From positions 242,978,001 to 243,042,000 of the forward strand of contig OZ024740.1 in the NCBI GenBank assembly GCA_964016885.1: a DNA stretch of 64,000 nt. Direction: 5' to 3'. The translations under genes and the position numbers were made by a program. Below, in pieces: positions 27,741-42,570 of this stretch. The notes below the pieces were generated by a model. It worked only from the letters and a program-made list of their open reading frames with translations, was not told the origin of the DNA and ran no database searches. How positions within the stretch are numbered: position 1 is the stretch's first letter; every line of letters starts with the position of its first letter. This DNA comes from Eledone cirrhosa. Taxonomy: Eukaryota.

Positions 27741-29639
27741 AATGTTGGTGGAATACTCAGCCACTAACATTACAATTCAATGAGAAGGTAGCACCATTGA
27801 TAGAACAACACAAATACTGAGAGTTGGAAGCAATTCAAACCCCCAAAATAAATGAAAATGTGTATGTATATATAATGTATATATACATACTATACAATTA
27901 TATATATTTGTACATACAGTGATTACTTATTTTTTAGAGGTATTTTTTTTATTTTATTTATACATTTATATATTTGCCTATGGTTAAAGCGACATAAAAG
28001 CTGTTCCACATCATTTGTTGCTGACTGAATACACGAATGATGTAAATCTATAACAAAGCAGACAGTGAATATCTGTGGAAAAACCATTAGCAGACCAGAC
28101 AGATTTTCTGCTTACCACCAGCTAGTGTCATGTATAGACTCAATCACGGAGGAAAGGAGAAGAGATGGTGGGGAATGCATGAGAATGTATATGTGATTAT
28201 GCATGTATATGTGTAAATACAATATTGCACTTCTATGCAAGTATATATATATACAGGTAAATATGAATAAGGATAGCAGAGAAAATTGATCAGACCCCGC
28301 ATATGTGTGTGTGAGAAAGAGTTTTTGTAAGAGACAAAAAGAAGAGTGTGCATGTATGACAGAGAGAGGGAGTTTGTGTGTGTCTGCATATATATATATA
28401 GTCAGTAAGATTTAATAGAACTCTGTACTAGAGTATGTGTGCTTGTGCATGGGAGAGAGAGTGAGAGAGTATATATGTACACTTATCATCATCATCATCG
28501 TTTAACATCAGCTTTCCCTGCAAGCAAGGGTTGGACAAGTCTATACAGACCAAGTTAGTACTGAAGTGGGGCTAATTACCTCCCAGACAAGCCAAGGTGT
28601 CTGCATCTCACTTACATATGGTTTTATGTTTTATCGAGTGCATAGAAGAGGTTGTCATATCTTTTACGCAACTGAAGGGTCCTCCTAAGCCTTTATTTGG
28701 CAAGGCTTCTGTGGCTGGATACCCTTCCTATCCCTGACCAATTTACAGCGTGTACTGGGTGTATTTATTATGTAGATCACCAACACTACAGAGGCTATCA
28801 TGTCCTTGACATGAGTGAAAGGTTCCCCTAACCCTTTGTTCAGTAACCTTTTTATGGCTGGGTGTCCTTCTTATCACCAACCACTTTCCAGCATGTACTG
28901 GGCGCACATATCATGTTGATCATCAAGACTAGAGAGGTTGTTGCGCAACTGAAGGGTCTTCTCAACCCATTTTTTAAAGCCTGGTTTCTACAGTGGGGTG
29001 CTTCATCTTAGAAGGCATACCAGCATGGCCTTGTCCTGACAGAAGATTCCTCTTTGCTCAGGGAAGGGGTGATAGAAGGGAGATAAGTGTGAAGTTACGG
29101 CAAGTATGGTGTGACAGGGAGATGGGGAGGTAAAGAGGATATGGTGGTGAGAACACTGAAGTGGAGCAGGTGGTGGGCATGGATGGTTTAGTGTTTAGTA
29201 CTAGGGTGGGGGTGGCACTCACCAGTGCGAGGAAGGTGGGATGTAGTAGTGGAGAGAATAGCTGTGGTGATTGTTGAGGGCACATGGGTGGAGTGCATTG
29301 GAATGAAGAAAGTAGCTACTAGAATAATAGTAAGGGTATCTTGGAGTTTTAGCAGGAGGCAGGAGGTAAGGAATGAAAATAGGAGGGTACATGGATGGAA
29401 TAGGTGTGTAGAGATGGGGAGCATAGTTGCTAGTGGAAGGGGCACAAATGAGGAGAGAGTAGCTACTAGGGTGTGATACTGAGGGTAAGGGCTTTTGAAG
29501 GGAGCAGCAGCTAAGGAGTAAATGCTGGAAGAGGCATGTTTGGGATGAGGAGGTGTAGTGATGGTGAGGAATAGACTTGTGCTATTGGAACAAGGTATAC
29601 AGAGGAGTGCTAGTAGAAGGGGGACAAGGGGATAAGTCA

Positions 29640-30175
29640 GGCTACATTGCATGCTGTTGACCAAGTCTTCATCAGCATAGCAGAGTGACAGCCATCGCAA
29701 TCCTTTGTCATTTCTCTTGTGAGGTTGGCCTTCATAACCTCATCCCATGTCTTACTGGATCTGTCTCTTCCATGGGTCCCAACCACTAGGATTTTTCTGC
29801 ATTTATTTATGCAGCTGCTATCTTCCATGTGCATTACATGTCCATACTAATGCAGTCTTTTCTCTTGCACACTACTTACAATTCTTCTTATGCCAACTTC
29901 CCCCCTCAGTTTGCTTATATTATGTTGCTCATGTCGATAAAATAAAGTACCAGTAATACACTAGGAAAATTGCTGGCCTTGTGCCAAAAGTAGAAACAAT
30001 TATGTTGCTCATGTACACTAACATTACGCATCCATTGGAGCATACTTAATTCATTTCTTTCTAGTCTCTAGATGTCTTCTGTGGTCAAATCCCATGTTTC
30101 ACTGCTATGTAGTATTGCAGTTTGCACACAGGCATCATACAGTCTACCCTGCACTCTGAGAGAAAAGCCATGACA
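29640..30175 (-). mobile_element. Decayed RTE 3' fragment with a SINE fragment inserted
   Basis: RLYDACV, SETWDL and KTWDEV motifs on the minus strand. Confidence 0.7.
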
Positions 30176-30294
30176 CTGCTGCACCAGTTGTTGGCTATGA
30201 TACCATCCTGTACTACTTTATTAACTATGCGCCTGACTTATTTCTTGCAATGTAGAGATGACAGTATATGAAACAATAATATATATATATACAT

Positions 30295-30646
30295 GGAAGC
30301 ACATGGCTTAGTGGTTAGAGCATTGGCCTTGCAATCGAAAGGTTGTGAGTTCAATTCTCAGACCGGGTGATGTGTTGTTTCCTTGAGCAAGACACTTTAT
30401 TTCACATTGCTCCAGTTTACTCAGCTGTAGAAATGAGATGATAGGGACTGGGGTCCCTATCATTCCACTGCAAAGTGGTCGTGGAGGTGCCACGGCAAAA
30501 AAGCACCCAGCACTCACTGTAAATGAGGTTGGTGTTAGGAAGGGCATCCAGCTGTAGAAATCAAGCCAGAATCAGTTCCCGTCCTACCCTTGCAAGCAGG
30601 GAAAAGTGGACGTAAAAATGAAAAATGAAAAATGAAAAAATGAAAT
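30295..30646 (+). mobile_element. Full-length copy of the same SINE, (AAAATG)n tail variant
   Basis: Same head and body as 58758. Confidence 0.88.
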
Positions 30647-33600
30647 ATTTGTTTCAACCTCTTCACCTGGGAAGGTAAGTCTTCTGCAGTACAGCATAAA
30701 ACCAGAAATTTTGATCCTGTGTCATCATTTTTGAGAAGTTAAATTGGGCAAGGTCAGCTTTTACCACTTCATCCCAAGCTTTCCTAGGTCTTCCTCTTCC
30801 ATAGTTTCAAATGTTTTCTTGGGTTTGGAAAATAACGTTGGTAGTCATGGTAGCGGTGAGACATCAACGGTGTCACCACTGCTGTCAAAATTATAACCAC
30901 AACTCACTCAGACAATACCCTTAAATGGTATGGAAATTGTTTTGGTTCTGCCTTGATCAAATCCATCTGGAACTTCTTTCTGCTGCTCCTGATATTGCTT
31001 TTAGGGCTTTGGTCCTGGTCTTCCCAGAGGTTGAAAGTTTTTTCATGAGATTTTGTTCTGAGGAGGAATTTAGTGCCCTGGACATTCTTAGACTTTTTGA
31101 AAATAGCAGAAGTAGTAAGGATAAAAGATTATAGATATTGAAAGTTAAATTTGAAGCAATGTTTTTTTCACATAAATTTTTCAAAATTTTGCTAACTGTT
31201 ATTATGGTGCAACAGAAGATAAAATGGATACAGAACTCATTAAGTTTGAAAAAATACATCAAACAAGGGACATAAAAATATATTATAAACATTTAGTTGT
31301 CAGTGGTTTTGAAATGTTTAATAAAAATTATATTTAGCACCATTTATAGTTTGTTTGTATAGAATGCAACTTAATACAAAGAGCTAACTGTTGGCATCAT
31401 AAGCAATTCTTTCTCTCAATGTAAGGCTTCGTAAAGGAAATCTTTAGTGTTTTTCCAAGTGATTCCATTCAGATATGTTAGTGGATATCCATGCAACACC
31501 CACAAAGTTTATATTTTTTTTATTTCATCATAATTTACAAAAATAATATTCAAAAAATTTAGATTAATAGGTTATTATACTGATCTGTCTGTATTTTCTT
31601 GTTTATTTTCTTTGGCTTGCTTTGTGGATAATACAAGTTAAATAGCTAAAATGCAGCAAATGACAGCTACTGAGGCTTCATACTGAAATAAATACATATT
31701 TTCCAACAGTTGAAAACACCTAAATCTGTTAGTTCTCAAGCTACATATCATAACATATAATTATAAACAGATTTCTATACAGTATTTTACTCTAACACCC
31801 CTATTAATACCACCACCAACATCACTGCTACTAAGTAGACCTATGCTCTCTTAATTAGTTAGATAAACTGTTTCTCTCTAATACACTGAGGCTAAACCAA
31901 TGATTTAAATTACACGTGAGGGTTACATCTTATTTGACTAAATCACAACTGCGATATTTTTAATCAACCAATGCCAATTTGTAATTGTATCCAGCAATAA
32001 CAAATCCTAGCTTTTTATATGATAGCCAAATTAACACGAGTTAAATGGATTTCAGCAAAAGACAAAAATAACATCTAGTCTAAAATTAAATATATCCCAA
32101 TTCCCTATGATAATGACCATGTCTGAAAAATCATAATATCTAAAAACATTACATAGCCTGAAACAACAAGAACATGAAGACAGCTTCTGTAATAAAGTAA
32201 TAAAGTAATAGTAATAATTCATTTTTAGGTTTGAAGAATATTATTTCAACTTTAAAATTCATAATTTGGTCAATGTAACAATATATTTTAAAATGCCAAC
32301 AGGTAAAATTTATTATCATATTATTGATTTTTATCTTAGACATATGACTGAACATTTTTTAGTAGGAAAGATATATTTCAATTTTTCTGTTCAACCTATG
32401 CAAGCATGAAAAAAGCAGGCACAAATAGAATTATGATGCCTCAGTATATGACTGGTACTTATTTTATCAACTCCTTGGCAGGATTTGAAATCAGAGTGTA
32501 AATGATAGAAATAACAATCTTCCTCAAATCACACCCAACCAATTTTGATAAAGGTACATTGGGAAATGTAGTCCCAGATGCTCCTAAAATGACAAGATAT
32601 GTATAGTTTGAATGATTTTGATCAGAGATGTGCACAGCCAATGCTAACTTAGAGCCAAGCAACAACAAAAAACAGTATCTTTGTATTATTCTAGATTTTA
32701 AGCATGTTATACAAAACAAGAGAATTCTAGAGAAATCAGTGAACCAAAGGTTCTTTTCGATAATTTACTGTAAGAAATTCAACTTCTTGAGGTACCAGTA
32801 CAGTACTGAGGTCGAGTCTTATTCTATATCTTTTTCTCACTTCCTCTTTCTCCTTTTCTGAATGAAATCAGTTATGTTAGGACCTGGAGAGGAGATGGAT
32901 TCTGCCAGTGCTCAAGATGTTATATAGTGCCTGTATGTCACAACTACATCCTTACAATGCCATCAGGAGTTAAAGGTCCATAAATACATACATATACAAT
33001 AAGCAGCAAAAAATTGCTCTAACTAAATTTTTTAAACATATTAGACTATCACAGAGCAGATGCTGATATTTTCAGGCAATAGGACTCTCTAGTTCAGCAA
33101 TACAATTTCTCTGTGAAACTTCTGCTACAGGAAATTAAAGAAATACATTTACAAAACAAAACAACAGAAAGGGAAAAACTGAGACAAAATAGAATAAATG
33201 ACAAAATACTTTAAGTTCTAATAAATCAGATGGATGAAGTATGAAATCTTGATTAGATACTTCTTAATAAAGAAAATCATCTAACAATTTGCTATGGAGA
33301 CGTTCTAATTTAGTTAAGACACTTCTATTCATTGATATAACTTTTCTCCTTATTTATCTTAGTTTGGTATTTTTTTGTGATTGAGTTGTGTATCATTTTT
33401 GTTTGATCTTGATTTTTCACATAGTTAATGTAACATCGTACTGAAAACAAAATATACACTGTTACACAACAAGCTAAGAGAAGTGTAAAGAAGCAAAAAA
33501 AAAGAAATATAGATTTAACCTAACAAAGCATCTCCTTTTTTTCTTTTGATACTGACATTTTCTGATTTCAAGCACTGTTCTGTAAAGTTCTGTTTGTTAA

Positions 33601-34658
33601 ACCATTTCTTTATTTTACATTTATTTTGCGAGTACTTTTTTACTACATATACATATGTAGAGACAGGTGATTGTTATTAGTGAAACACCATTGAAAATTT
33701 ACTTTTTGTATTTATTGGCAAGATGCACCATTATAAAGTTGCTTTTCTTATTGCCAAAAATATTTGTTCAAAGTACCATTTTTTTTCTGCTGGGGGAAAG
33801 TGGAAGTATAGACTTTCTTGTTAAAAGTGAATCAAAACTGATAGACATTGAGGAGGTCACAGAATGTGTGATAAAAGAAAATTGACGAACTAACAAATAA
33901 CTAGTAATAAAGATAAATATATACATATATATACATGCATATATAATTTACTTAAACTTAGAAGCTCCCATGAATAGAGATGCATGAGGCAGTCAGTGTT
34001 CTAAATACAAGTATATATACATATATGGTGGCTGCCAACTCGTTTTCGAGTACGGCCACTACTTTATATCCATGTAGGAGAACCCCTACCGATGCGCTGA
34101 ACAAGTGTGACTTATTAGTCCAGCCAGCGACTTGAAAACTCTGGTACAAACACTACACTTGTGACAATTATTGATACATAGTGCTGGGCCCATGGTACCA
34201 TGTGACGACAAGTGCAGAGAGATCTCCAGATATAAAGCAATACCTGTGCCGTAAAGCTTTTATAGTGAGCAAAGGCACTACACAAAGCCAGTCCCACTCT
34301 CTTAACCAAGATGATATTTACCAAAAAGAAGAACAAGTCAACATTATTGGATACCATCAGAGTTGCAGGTGTTATATCAGAGTTTTCCTTCTCCTAAAAT
34401 TCTACCTTGACAAAGGCTAAGGGGTCATCTCTCCCAGTGATTTTGGATGGGCATTGACTCTTAAGAGCTCCTTTGCTCTTTGACAGGTTTTGTTTTTAGT
34501 CCTGCAGGATGTCCAAAGTCACCCTCCTCACCAAGAGACCTTGGTGGGGTTGCCAGTTTAGTCGCCAACGACCCGACCATGAGACAGGTTGTACTGGGAT
34601 ACATGTTACCAGTAGCACCAACTGGTGACCTGACATACATACATATATACATACATAT

Positions 34659-34737
<79 letters not shown>

Positions 34738-34893
34738 ATACATACATTTTCCACACTAGCATGGGTAGGATGGGCTGTCTCATTGGGAGAAATCATGGTC
34801 CTCCGACCTGATCTCTCCTAAAGGGACAGCCCGTCCTACCCATGCTAGCATGGAAAATAGATGTAAATGATGATGATGATCATATACATATAT

Positions 34894-35128
34894 AGAAGGT
34901 TTCGCAGCATTTTTTTACTAAAGTAATTTTAGCCTGATAGTGGGGTTTGGAACCCTGTAAGAAATGGAAAAAGATGAGTATTGACGTACAGTACATAAAT
35001 ACTCATCCTTTTCCATTTTTAGAGGGTTCTAAACCCCACTATCAGGCTAAAATTTCTTTAGTAAAAAAATGCGGTGAAAGCTTCTATTTCTAATTTCAAA
35101 CATGCGCACTGTTTCAAAACAAACTTAC
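34894..35128. mobile_element. Inverted-repeat element in (TA)n
   Basis: Arms ~34894-34982 and ~34997-35086. The right arm extends to (TA)n. Confidence 0.6.
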
Positions 35129-35179
35129 TATACATATATATATACATATATATATATACACACACACATATATATATAA

Positions 35180-35242
<63 letters not shown>

Positions 35243-35796
35243 TATATACATATATATACATATACATACACATACATATATACACATATACTTATAAAGG
35301 GTTCGGAGGACCCTTCAGCTATGTCAAGGACATGACAGTCGTACCAAGGTGTGACAGCCTCCCTAGTGTTGCACCCAGCCACACTGTAAAGTGATTGGTG
35401 ATAGGAAAGGGCATCCAGCTGGGATAGGAAGGGCATCTTCCAAACAAAGGGCCAGGAGGACCCTTCAGCCATGTCAAGGACATGACAGCCTCTCTATTGT
35501 TGGTGATAAACACATGCTGTAAAGTGGTTGGTAATAGGAAGGGAAATCAACTGTAGAAAGCTTGCCAAACAAAAGGTTGGGAGGACCCTCAGTTGTGTCA
35601 AAGACATGACAACTCCCCTGTGCACTTGGTAGACTGTGAGACCGTACATATGAGACAACAGATCCCTGGCTTGTCTTGGAGTTCAGTAGCCACCACTTCT
35701 GTACTGACTTTGTTCTTTTTAGACCTGTCCAACCCTTACAAGCTGGGGAAGCAGACTTTAAACAATGATGATGATGATGATGATGGTGATACATAC

Positions 35797-35858
<62 letters not shown>

Positions 35859-36339
35859 GTGTGTGTGTAGACATATATATATATATATGTGCATGTTACA
35901 TATGAACAAATAGTTCAAGAGAAATAGACAAACTGATTGATAGATACATCATTGTTTCTACTTTTTGGCACAAGGCCAGCAATTATCCCAGTGTATTACT
36001 GGTACTTTATTTTATCGACCCAGTAAGGATGAAAGGCAAAGTTAACGTCGGCGGGATTTGAACTCAGACCATAAAGGGCCATAACTCTTCGCTGCAAAGC
36101 ATGGCGTCCGACCCTCTACCGATACTGCCAAGACACAATAAGAATGTCTATAAACATATGGCTCTACTTCCTGGTCAAAGAAGCAAACCTATGATCAAAC
36201 GTCTTTTTTTTTTTTTTTGCAGGCATCATGATGTATCTGGAACAACACTATCTTTTTATAAGATGGAATGGTGTGATTTGAGGCTCTTTCATTTGTTTGT
36301 GAGCATGCAGATATAATGAGACAATGAGGAAGAATCATG

Positions 36340-37390
36340 AAATTGCAAAGTACTCTGGCATAACTTGAGAGTATTTCACATAATGAGAGTTTTTAGCCTT
36401 TATAAACATGACATAACAGATGACAGCAACATTTATGTTCATGTATAGTACACATTACTACTGTTACTAAGCATGTTTATAAGTACTATACCACTTTTTG
36501 ACAATGTATCATATCATATATCTTTTTCGGACCCACTTCGAGTGTATTTTAAGATGCTGTGACTGATAATGGATAAGTACAAACTGAGGCTAATACATCT
36601 ATAAAGATTCCAGAACAACGGTGATTACAATGAATAGGTATAGTTGCTGTTCCTGCAATACATCTTTCTGCAACTTATTTATTTAATAGAAATCTAGTCC
36701 TAGGTCAGGTACAGACTGAAGATTGAAGTTCAGTACAGACTGAAGTACAGACTGAAGTTGAGTGGTTTATACTTGAAAGGTTGCTAGCCCTTTCTGCACT
36801 TTATTAGCAGGGTAATGTGTTGAATGGGAAGTCAACTCCTGCATTCTATAGAAGGTTAGTGGAGAACATGACCAATGATGTCCAAGAAGCAATTCTGGAT
36901 GTAAATAGTATGTTCTAGAGAACTTTCAGATCAAGGATTATAGACAATTTCCCAAAGTCTTTGGCCTAACCCATATTATGCAAGTGCTTTGTTTGTGATA
37001 AACTTTATACGTATAACCATGTTGAATATACTAGCAAGCAATGTTGTGGAAGTTGCATGAACAGTGATGAAACCATGCACACACTAGTTCAATGTCCTTG
37101 CATTGCTAATTTTCAGGTTTATGCTAAACAGCTGCTATTGTGTGAGGGATAGATCCAGCTGTTAATTGAGTTTATCATGAAGATCAACCAAATATATTAT
37201 TTTGGAAAAGAAGAGCCTAGTGGCTATGGTGATGCAATTTGTGTGGTGGACACATTTGAAAGGTTTCAAAGCAGAGATTTTCCATTTAGGCCAAGCTCTC
37301 TTCCTCTTCAAGTACTACTTAAAGAGGAAGAGAGGGAAGAGGAGATGCTGCCATCAAGTAAATGTTATTGAAGGTGTGTGAGAGTGACAT
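36340..37390 (+). mobile_element. Decayed L1/Tx1-type LINE C-terminus
   Basis: zf-RVT-like C..C...DETM.H.LVQCP at ~37045-37100. Confidence 0.45.
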
Positions 37391-37559
37391 GCACATTGAC
37401 TTATCATCGCCTTTGTTCAACTGTGGTGAAAACATGTAACATGTGATCAGGTTCATCTATATCCACATTTTAATGGCCCCTAAATACCATGGAAAGAAGA
37501 CAAAGAAACTGGAAGTCATGAATCTTCGGTAATGCCCGAAAGAATAAAATTGCAAATAC

Positions 37560-37872
37560 AAGTGGCCAAAATGTAATTCATCTGAATAGTCTTTAGAGTA
37601 TTGATAGAGTACATAACTTGGAGATCAAAGATTCGCTCCAGGTAGAGCTGCTACTTCTCTGCATCAAGAGATCACAGCTCCAGTACTATAGACATGTGTT
37701 TATAATGCCTAAAGAAAGAAAAGTTGGACAGATTTTACAAGCAAAACCAAATGGCAGAAGACCCATAGATAAACCATAAGCAAGATGGTTGGATAATATC
37801 CATGAACTCAGTTGGTCTTGCTTGGGGATCCAACATGGAAAATGGACATACGATGATGATGATGATGATGAT
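37560..37872 (+). mobile_element. Decayed RTE 3' fragment with (GAT)n tail
   Basis: LLLCIKRSQL and GRRPIDKP..RWLD motifs. Confidence 0.55.
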
Positions 37873-38058
37873 GAGACAATATTTAGTTACAGCACTTAGT
37901 ATAAGTTCAATTCTCACCAAGGTCAACTTTCCCTCTTCTGACTTCTAAAAAACAAAATACCAGTGAAGTATTGAAGTGAATATAATCAACAGTTCCCTTT
38001 CCCATAACTTGTCTAACATTTGTGCTTATGTAAGTAATTATCATTATTATCATTAAAG

Positions 38059-38705
38059 GGCAGTATCAGTAGAGGGTCGGACGCCATTGCTTTGCAGCAA
38101 AGAGTTATGGCCCTTTATGGTCTGAGTTCAAATCCTGCTGAGGTTAACTTTGCCTTTCATCCTTAGTTATGGGGGTCGATAAAATAAAGTACCAGTAATA
38201 CACTGGGATAATTGCTGGCCTTGTGCCTAAAGTAGAAACAATTATTATCATTATTAGGCTGCTGGATTGGCAGAGGCATTAGAGCGTCTGGCAAATATGG
38301 AGCAGTATTTATTTGGGAATTTTACATTCCAAGGTCAACTTTGCCTTTCATCCTTTCAGGGTCAATAAAATAAAGCACCAGCCAATTACTGGGGTCGATA
38401 TTATTGACCTTCTCTTCCCCAAACTGCTGACCTTATGTCCATATTAGAAAGAATTATTATAATTATTATTATTAGGGCAGTAAATTAGCAGTATCGGTAG
38501 AGCGTCGGACATGCTTCATGGAATAGAGTTATGGCCCTTTACGTTCTGAGTTCAAATCCCGCCGAGTTTAGCTTTGCCTTTCATCCTTACTGGGTTGATA
38601 AAATAAAGCACCAGTAATGTACTGGGGTCAATTTAATTGACTTTCCCCCCTTTCTTTCAAACTGCTGACCTTGTGCCAAAAAGTAGAAACAATTATTATT
38701 ATTAT
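38059..38705 (+). mobile_element. Three tandem Meta/MESC-type SINE copies
   Basis: Heads at ~38059, ~38268 and ~38487, each ending in AGAAA(C/G)AATTATT. Confidence 0.78.
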
Positions 38706-38874
38706 TCCTTCTTTTGTGGGCTTTATACAATTTCTTACCTGATCAATATCTGTAACCTAGGGTAAGGGAATGTAATTAAGTGGGAAGTTGCCTTCAGTCT
38801 ACTGCATAGAGAGTACCATGAGAGCACCTTTCTCACACAAAGGTCTACACACACTCACACACATATATATATAT

Positions 38875-38887
38875 AGAGAGAGAGATA

Positions 38888-38963
<76 letters not shown>
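38875..38963. repeat. (GA)n microsatellite
   Basis: Seen directly. Confidence 0.95.
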
Positions 38964-38966
<3 letters not shown>

Positions 38967-39769
38967 TAATATTATTATAAGATAGATTCCTTTATTTATT
39001 TATTTATTTATTTATTTACTTATTTATAAGATAGTTAATTCCTTACATTGTGTCGATATATATATTGTATCAAGAGAGGTTTGCTAGTAGCACAAGACAG
39101 AGATTTCAACCCACAGTAACTGCTAGACAGAAAGTGTTAGTTTATTCTTCTTATGTAATAAACAATCAATAATGGCTAAGTGAGGAGGACGTGTATCTGT
39201 GCAAATGTATGTATTTATGTACACATACATATATGTGTATATGTGTTTGTTTGTGTGTGTGTATGTGTATGAATTAGTATGTGAAGCTCCATGGCTTAGT
39301 GGTTAGGTTGTTCAGCTCACAACTGTAAGATAATGAGTTTAATTCTTGGTGGCATGTTGTGTCCTTCAGCAAGACACTCACTGGAACTCACTGAAGTGTA
39401 TATACCTGTATGTGGGCTTCAGCAGTCACGAATATCTCAAAATGAATTAGCTTTTCTATTACGCAGTTCCCAATAATTTATCATTATTATTGGCAGTATC
39501 GATAGAGCATCAGACACAATGCTTTGCAGCATAGAGTTATGGCCATTTACGTTCTGGGTTCAAATCCCATCGAGGTTAACTTTGCCTTTCATCCTTACGG
39601 GGCTGATAAAATAAAGTACCAGTAATGCACTGGAGTCATAACTGTCCTTGTGTTTAAAGTAGAAACAATTATTATTTTCAGGTTTTATTTTTCTTCTCTT
39701 TTATCAGTTTTCCTATTTACATTACATGAAATATGTTTGTTTTGTTTGTACTATATATATATATATATT

Positions 39770-41593
39770 GACAACTGCTACAAGATAGAGGAAATTATAG
39801 AAGCATCAAGTTGACAGACCAGGTCATGAAAGTAACAGAAAGAGTTATAGCACAGCTGATTAGGGACTGGGTGAGTCTAGATGAGATGCAGTTCATATTT
39901 GTGCCAGGTAAAAGTACCACAGGTGCTCTCTTCCTTATGAAGCAGCTATAGAAGTACCTAGCTAAAAGGCATTTGCTGATCTGGATAAAGCTTTTGACAG
40001 AGTCCCTCTTGTTATAATTTGGTGAGTTCTTAGAAAACTAGGAGTAGATGAGTGGCGTATGAAAGCTGTACAAGCCCTGTGTAGAGGAGCAGTCAGCAAA
40101 TTTAGGATTAACAATGACTATAGTGAAGAATTTAGCATGCAGGTTAGCATCCACCAGGGCTCTGTTCTTAGCCCTCTCCTGTTCAGCAGGCTATAACAGA
40201 GGAGTTTAAGATGGCTTCCCATGGGAACTCCTGTATATGGATGATCTTACATGTACAGCTGATATTCTATGGCAAAATTAGAGAAGAAATTCCAAACCTG
40301 GAAGCATGGCCAAGAAACAAAGGGTCTTAAAGTCAACTTGACAAAGACTAAGGTTGTGAGTAGCAGGGAAAACAGAGCCCTGATCCCCTTGGGGAAATGG
40401 TCTTGTTCAGTGTGTAGGAAAGGTGTAGGTAGGAATTCCAACCTCTGTTCCAAATGCAGACTATAGGTACACAAGAGATGTAGTGGGATCTCAGGTAGTT
40501 TAGCTAAGAACATAGGTTTTACATATATGGGGGCAGTAAGTAGTAAATGACCACAGGAAACAAACGCTATCAGATTCTGGGAAGGTTCTGTAGAGACATT
40601 AGATAGCTTCTACTAACTGAGTGACCAAATTAGCAGTGGAGGTGGGTGTTTTGAAAGTAGCCAGAGTGAGAACAGGATGGAAAAGGTTTAGGGAGCTACT
40701 ACAGCTGCTAGTTACAAAATGCTTTTCACTCAAAATGAAGGGCAGATTGTATGATGTGTGTATACGAAGAGCAATATTGCATGGTAGTGAGGCCAGGGCA
40801 CTGTGTGCAGGTGACTTGTGAAGATTGGAAAGAAATGAAGTTTGCATGCTTTGATGTATATGTAATAGTAATATATGTGAACAGCAAAGTATAAATGAAC
40901 TTAAAGAGAAACTAGACATAAGAAGAATCAGATGTAGTGTGCAGGAGAGGAGATTGCATTGGTATGGACATGTGATGTGTATGAAGGATTACAGCTGTAT
41001 AAAAAGGTGCAGAGCAATCAAATATGATGGAAACTATGGAGTAGGAAGACCCAGGAAGACTTCGGTTAAGGTGATAAAGGCTGACCTTGCACAATTGCAC
41101 TTCTCAAAGGCGATGACACAGGACTGAGATCTCTGGCATTATGCAGATATACAGAAGATCTACCTTCCCATAATCACAGGCTGCAGTATAGTTAGTATAC
41201 ACCACCTTCACCTCCTTCCTTCCTGTCATACACCTCCCACCTCCCTCCTCCCTTCCATACAGCTACCACCTCCTAAAACCCCACCCATACCCTAACACTC
41301 TGATCCTCACACATGCCCCTATACCCTCCTCCTCAATCCCCACACACTCCCCCCCCATCAAAGTCCCCAGCCCACACTGTAAAGTGGTCATGTAAATGTC
41401 ACAACAAAAAGCACCCACTACACAGTGTAAATATGGTTGGCATTAGGAAGGGCATCCAGTTGTAGAAACCAAGCCAAAATCAGTTCTGTGTGAGCAAGAC
41501 ATGGTCATCTGATGTGGCTTATCTCACAATGGGACAATTCATCTAACCCATGCTAGTGTGGAAAAATGGATGTTAAATGGTGATGATGATGAT
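39770..41593 (+). mobile_element. Decayed RTE LINE, same family, with 3' UTR and tail
   Basis: Fragments FADLDKAFDRVP, HQGSVLSPLLF, KWSCSVCRKGVGRNS, RRLHWYGHV; many stops and frameshifts. Confidence 0.88.
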
Positions 41594-42071
41594 ATATATA
41601 TACATTTTTTAGTGCATATATATGTGTGCATGTATGTGTACCTGTGTAATATAATCACCACTGTTACCCTCCATCCTCTATAATTCTGAATCTTTCCTCT
41701 TCTCACTCAAATTATACTCTCTCTACTTTAAACTCTGAGTCATTATTCATCTTCTATCTTCATGTTTGTCATGCTAGAACAGGAACTACATGGTGCAGAG
41801 AGGTCCTCTTAGTGTTACAATGCACACCTCAAACTTTTTAGTGTGATAGTATTATGATAAAATGGCTCCAGTGTATACCTTAAAATGGTTGGTGTTAGAA
41901 AGGGTATTGAACCATAGAAACCATGCCAAAAATTGGAACGTTGAAACATAATGTGGTCCCTTGATCCATCTAGAAGGGCAGTAATTCTCAATAAGAACTG
42001 ACTCAGACCGTAACAGCCAACCAATACTAGCATGGAAAAGGTACTTAAAATGAAATGATAATGAATATATT

Positions 42072-42570
42072 CATCATCATCATCATCATCATCGTTTAAC
42101 GTCCGTATTCCATGCTTGCATGGGTTTGGACGGGAGTTTTCCCACTTGAGGCAAGAGTGGTTGTCTTGCTCGCATAGGACTGTCTGGCGGGTTTTCTACA
42201 GTTGGATGCCCTTCCTAACACCAACCACATTTACAGTGTGGGGCTGGGAGGTTTTTACCGTGTTGCCTACACGGCCACATTACAGCGTGGACTGTCTGGC
42301 AGGTTTTCTACAGCTGGATGCCCTTCCTAACACCAACCACATTTACAGTGTGGGACTGGGACGTTTTTACCGTGTTGCCTACACGGTCACATTACAGCGT
42401 GGACTGTGTGTTTTTTTTTTCGTGACACCTACACGATCTCATTTGTTTCGGCCTGGATTTTGTGGCACCAACATAACTTTACATTGAAAGGGGCGGTGTG
42501 GATGGGGTGGGGGTGGTGGGACGGGGGTGTATTTTGTTAGAGGTGTATTTTGTTAGAGATGCCTACTGAC
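42072..42570 (-). mobile_element. 3' end of the same RTE LINE (stop codon + 3' UTR)
   Basis: Reverse complement of ~47005-47375, with an internal duplication. Confidence 0.85.

Noticed and set aside
27133-27741. Cys/Val- or His/Thr-rich ORFs
   Set aside because: Translations of a TG microsatellite.
30908-31110. Minus-strand open frame ending at a GTGAGT donor (…KKFQMDLIKAEPKQFPYHLRVLS)
   Set aside because: No clear acceptor and no recognisable homology. The D domain is continuous without it, and its donor phase (2) does not fit the terminal exon (phase 1).
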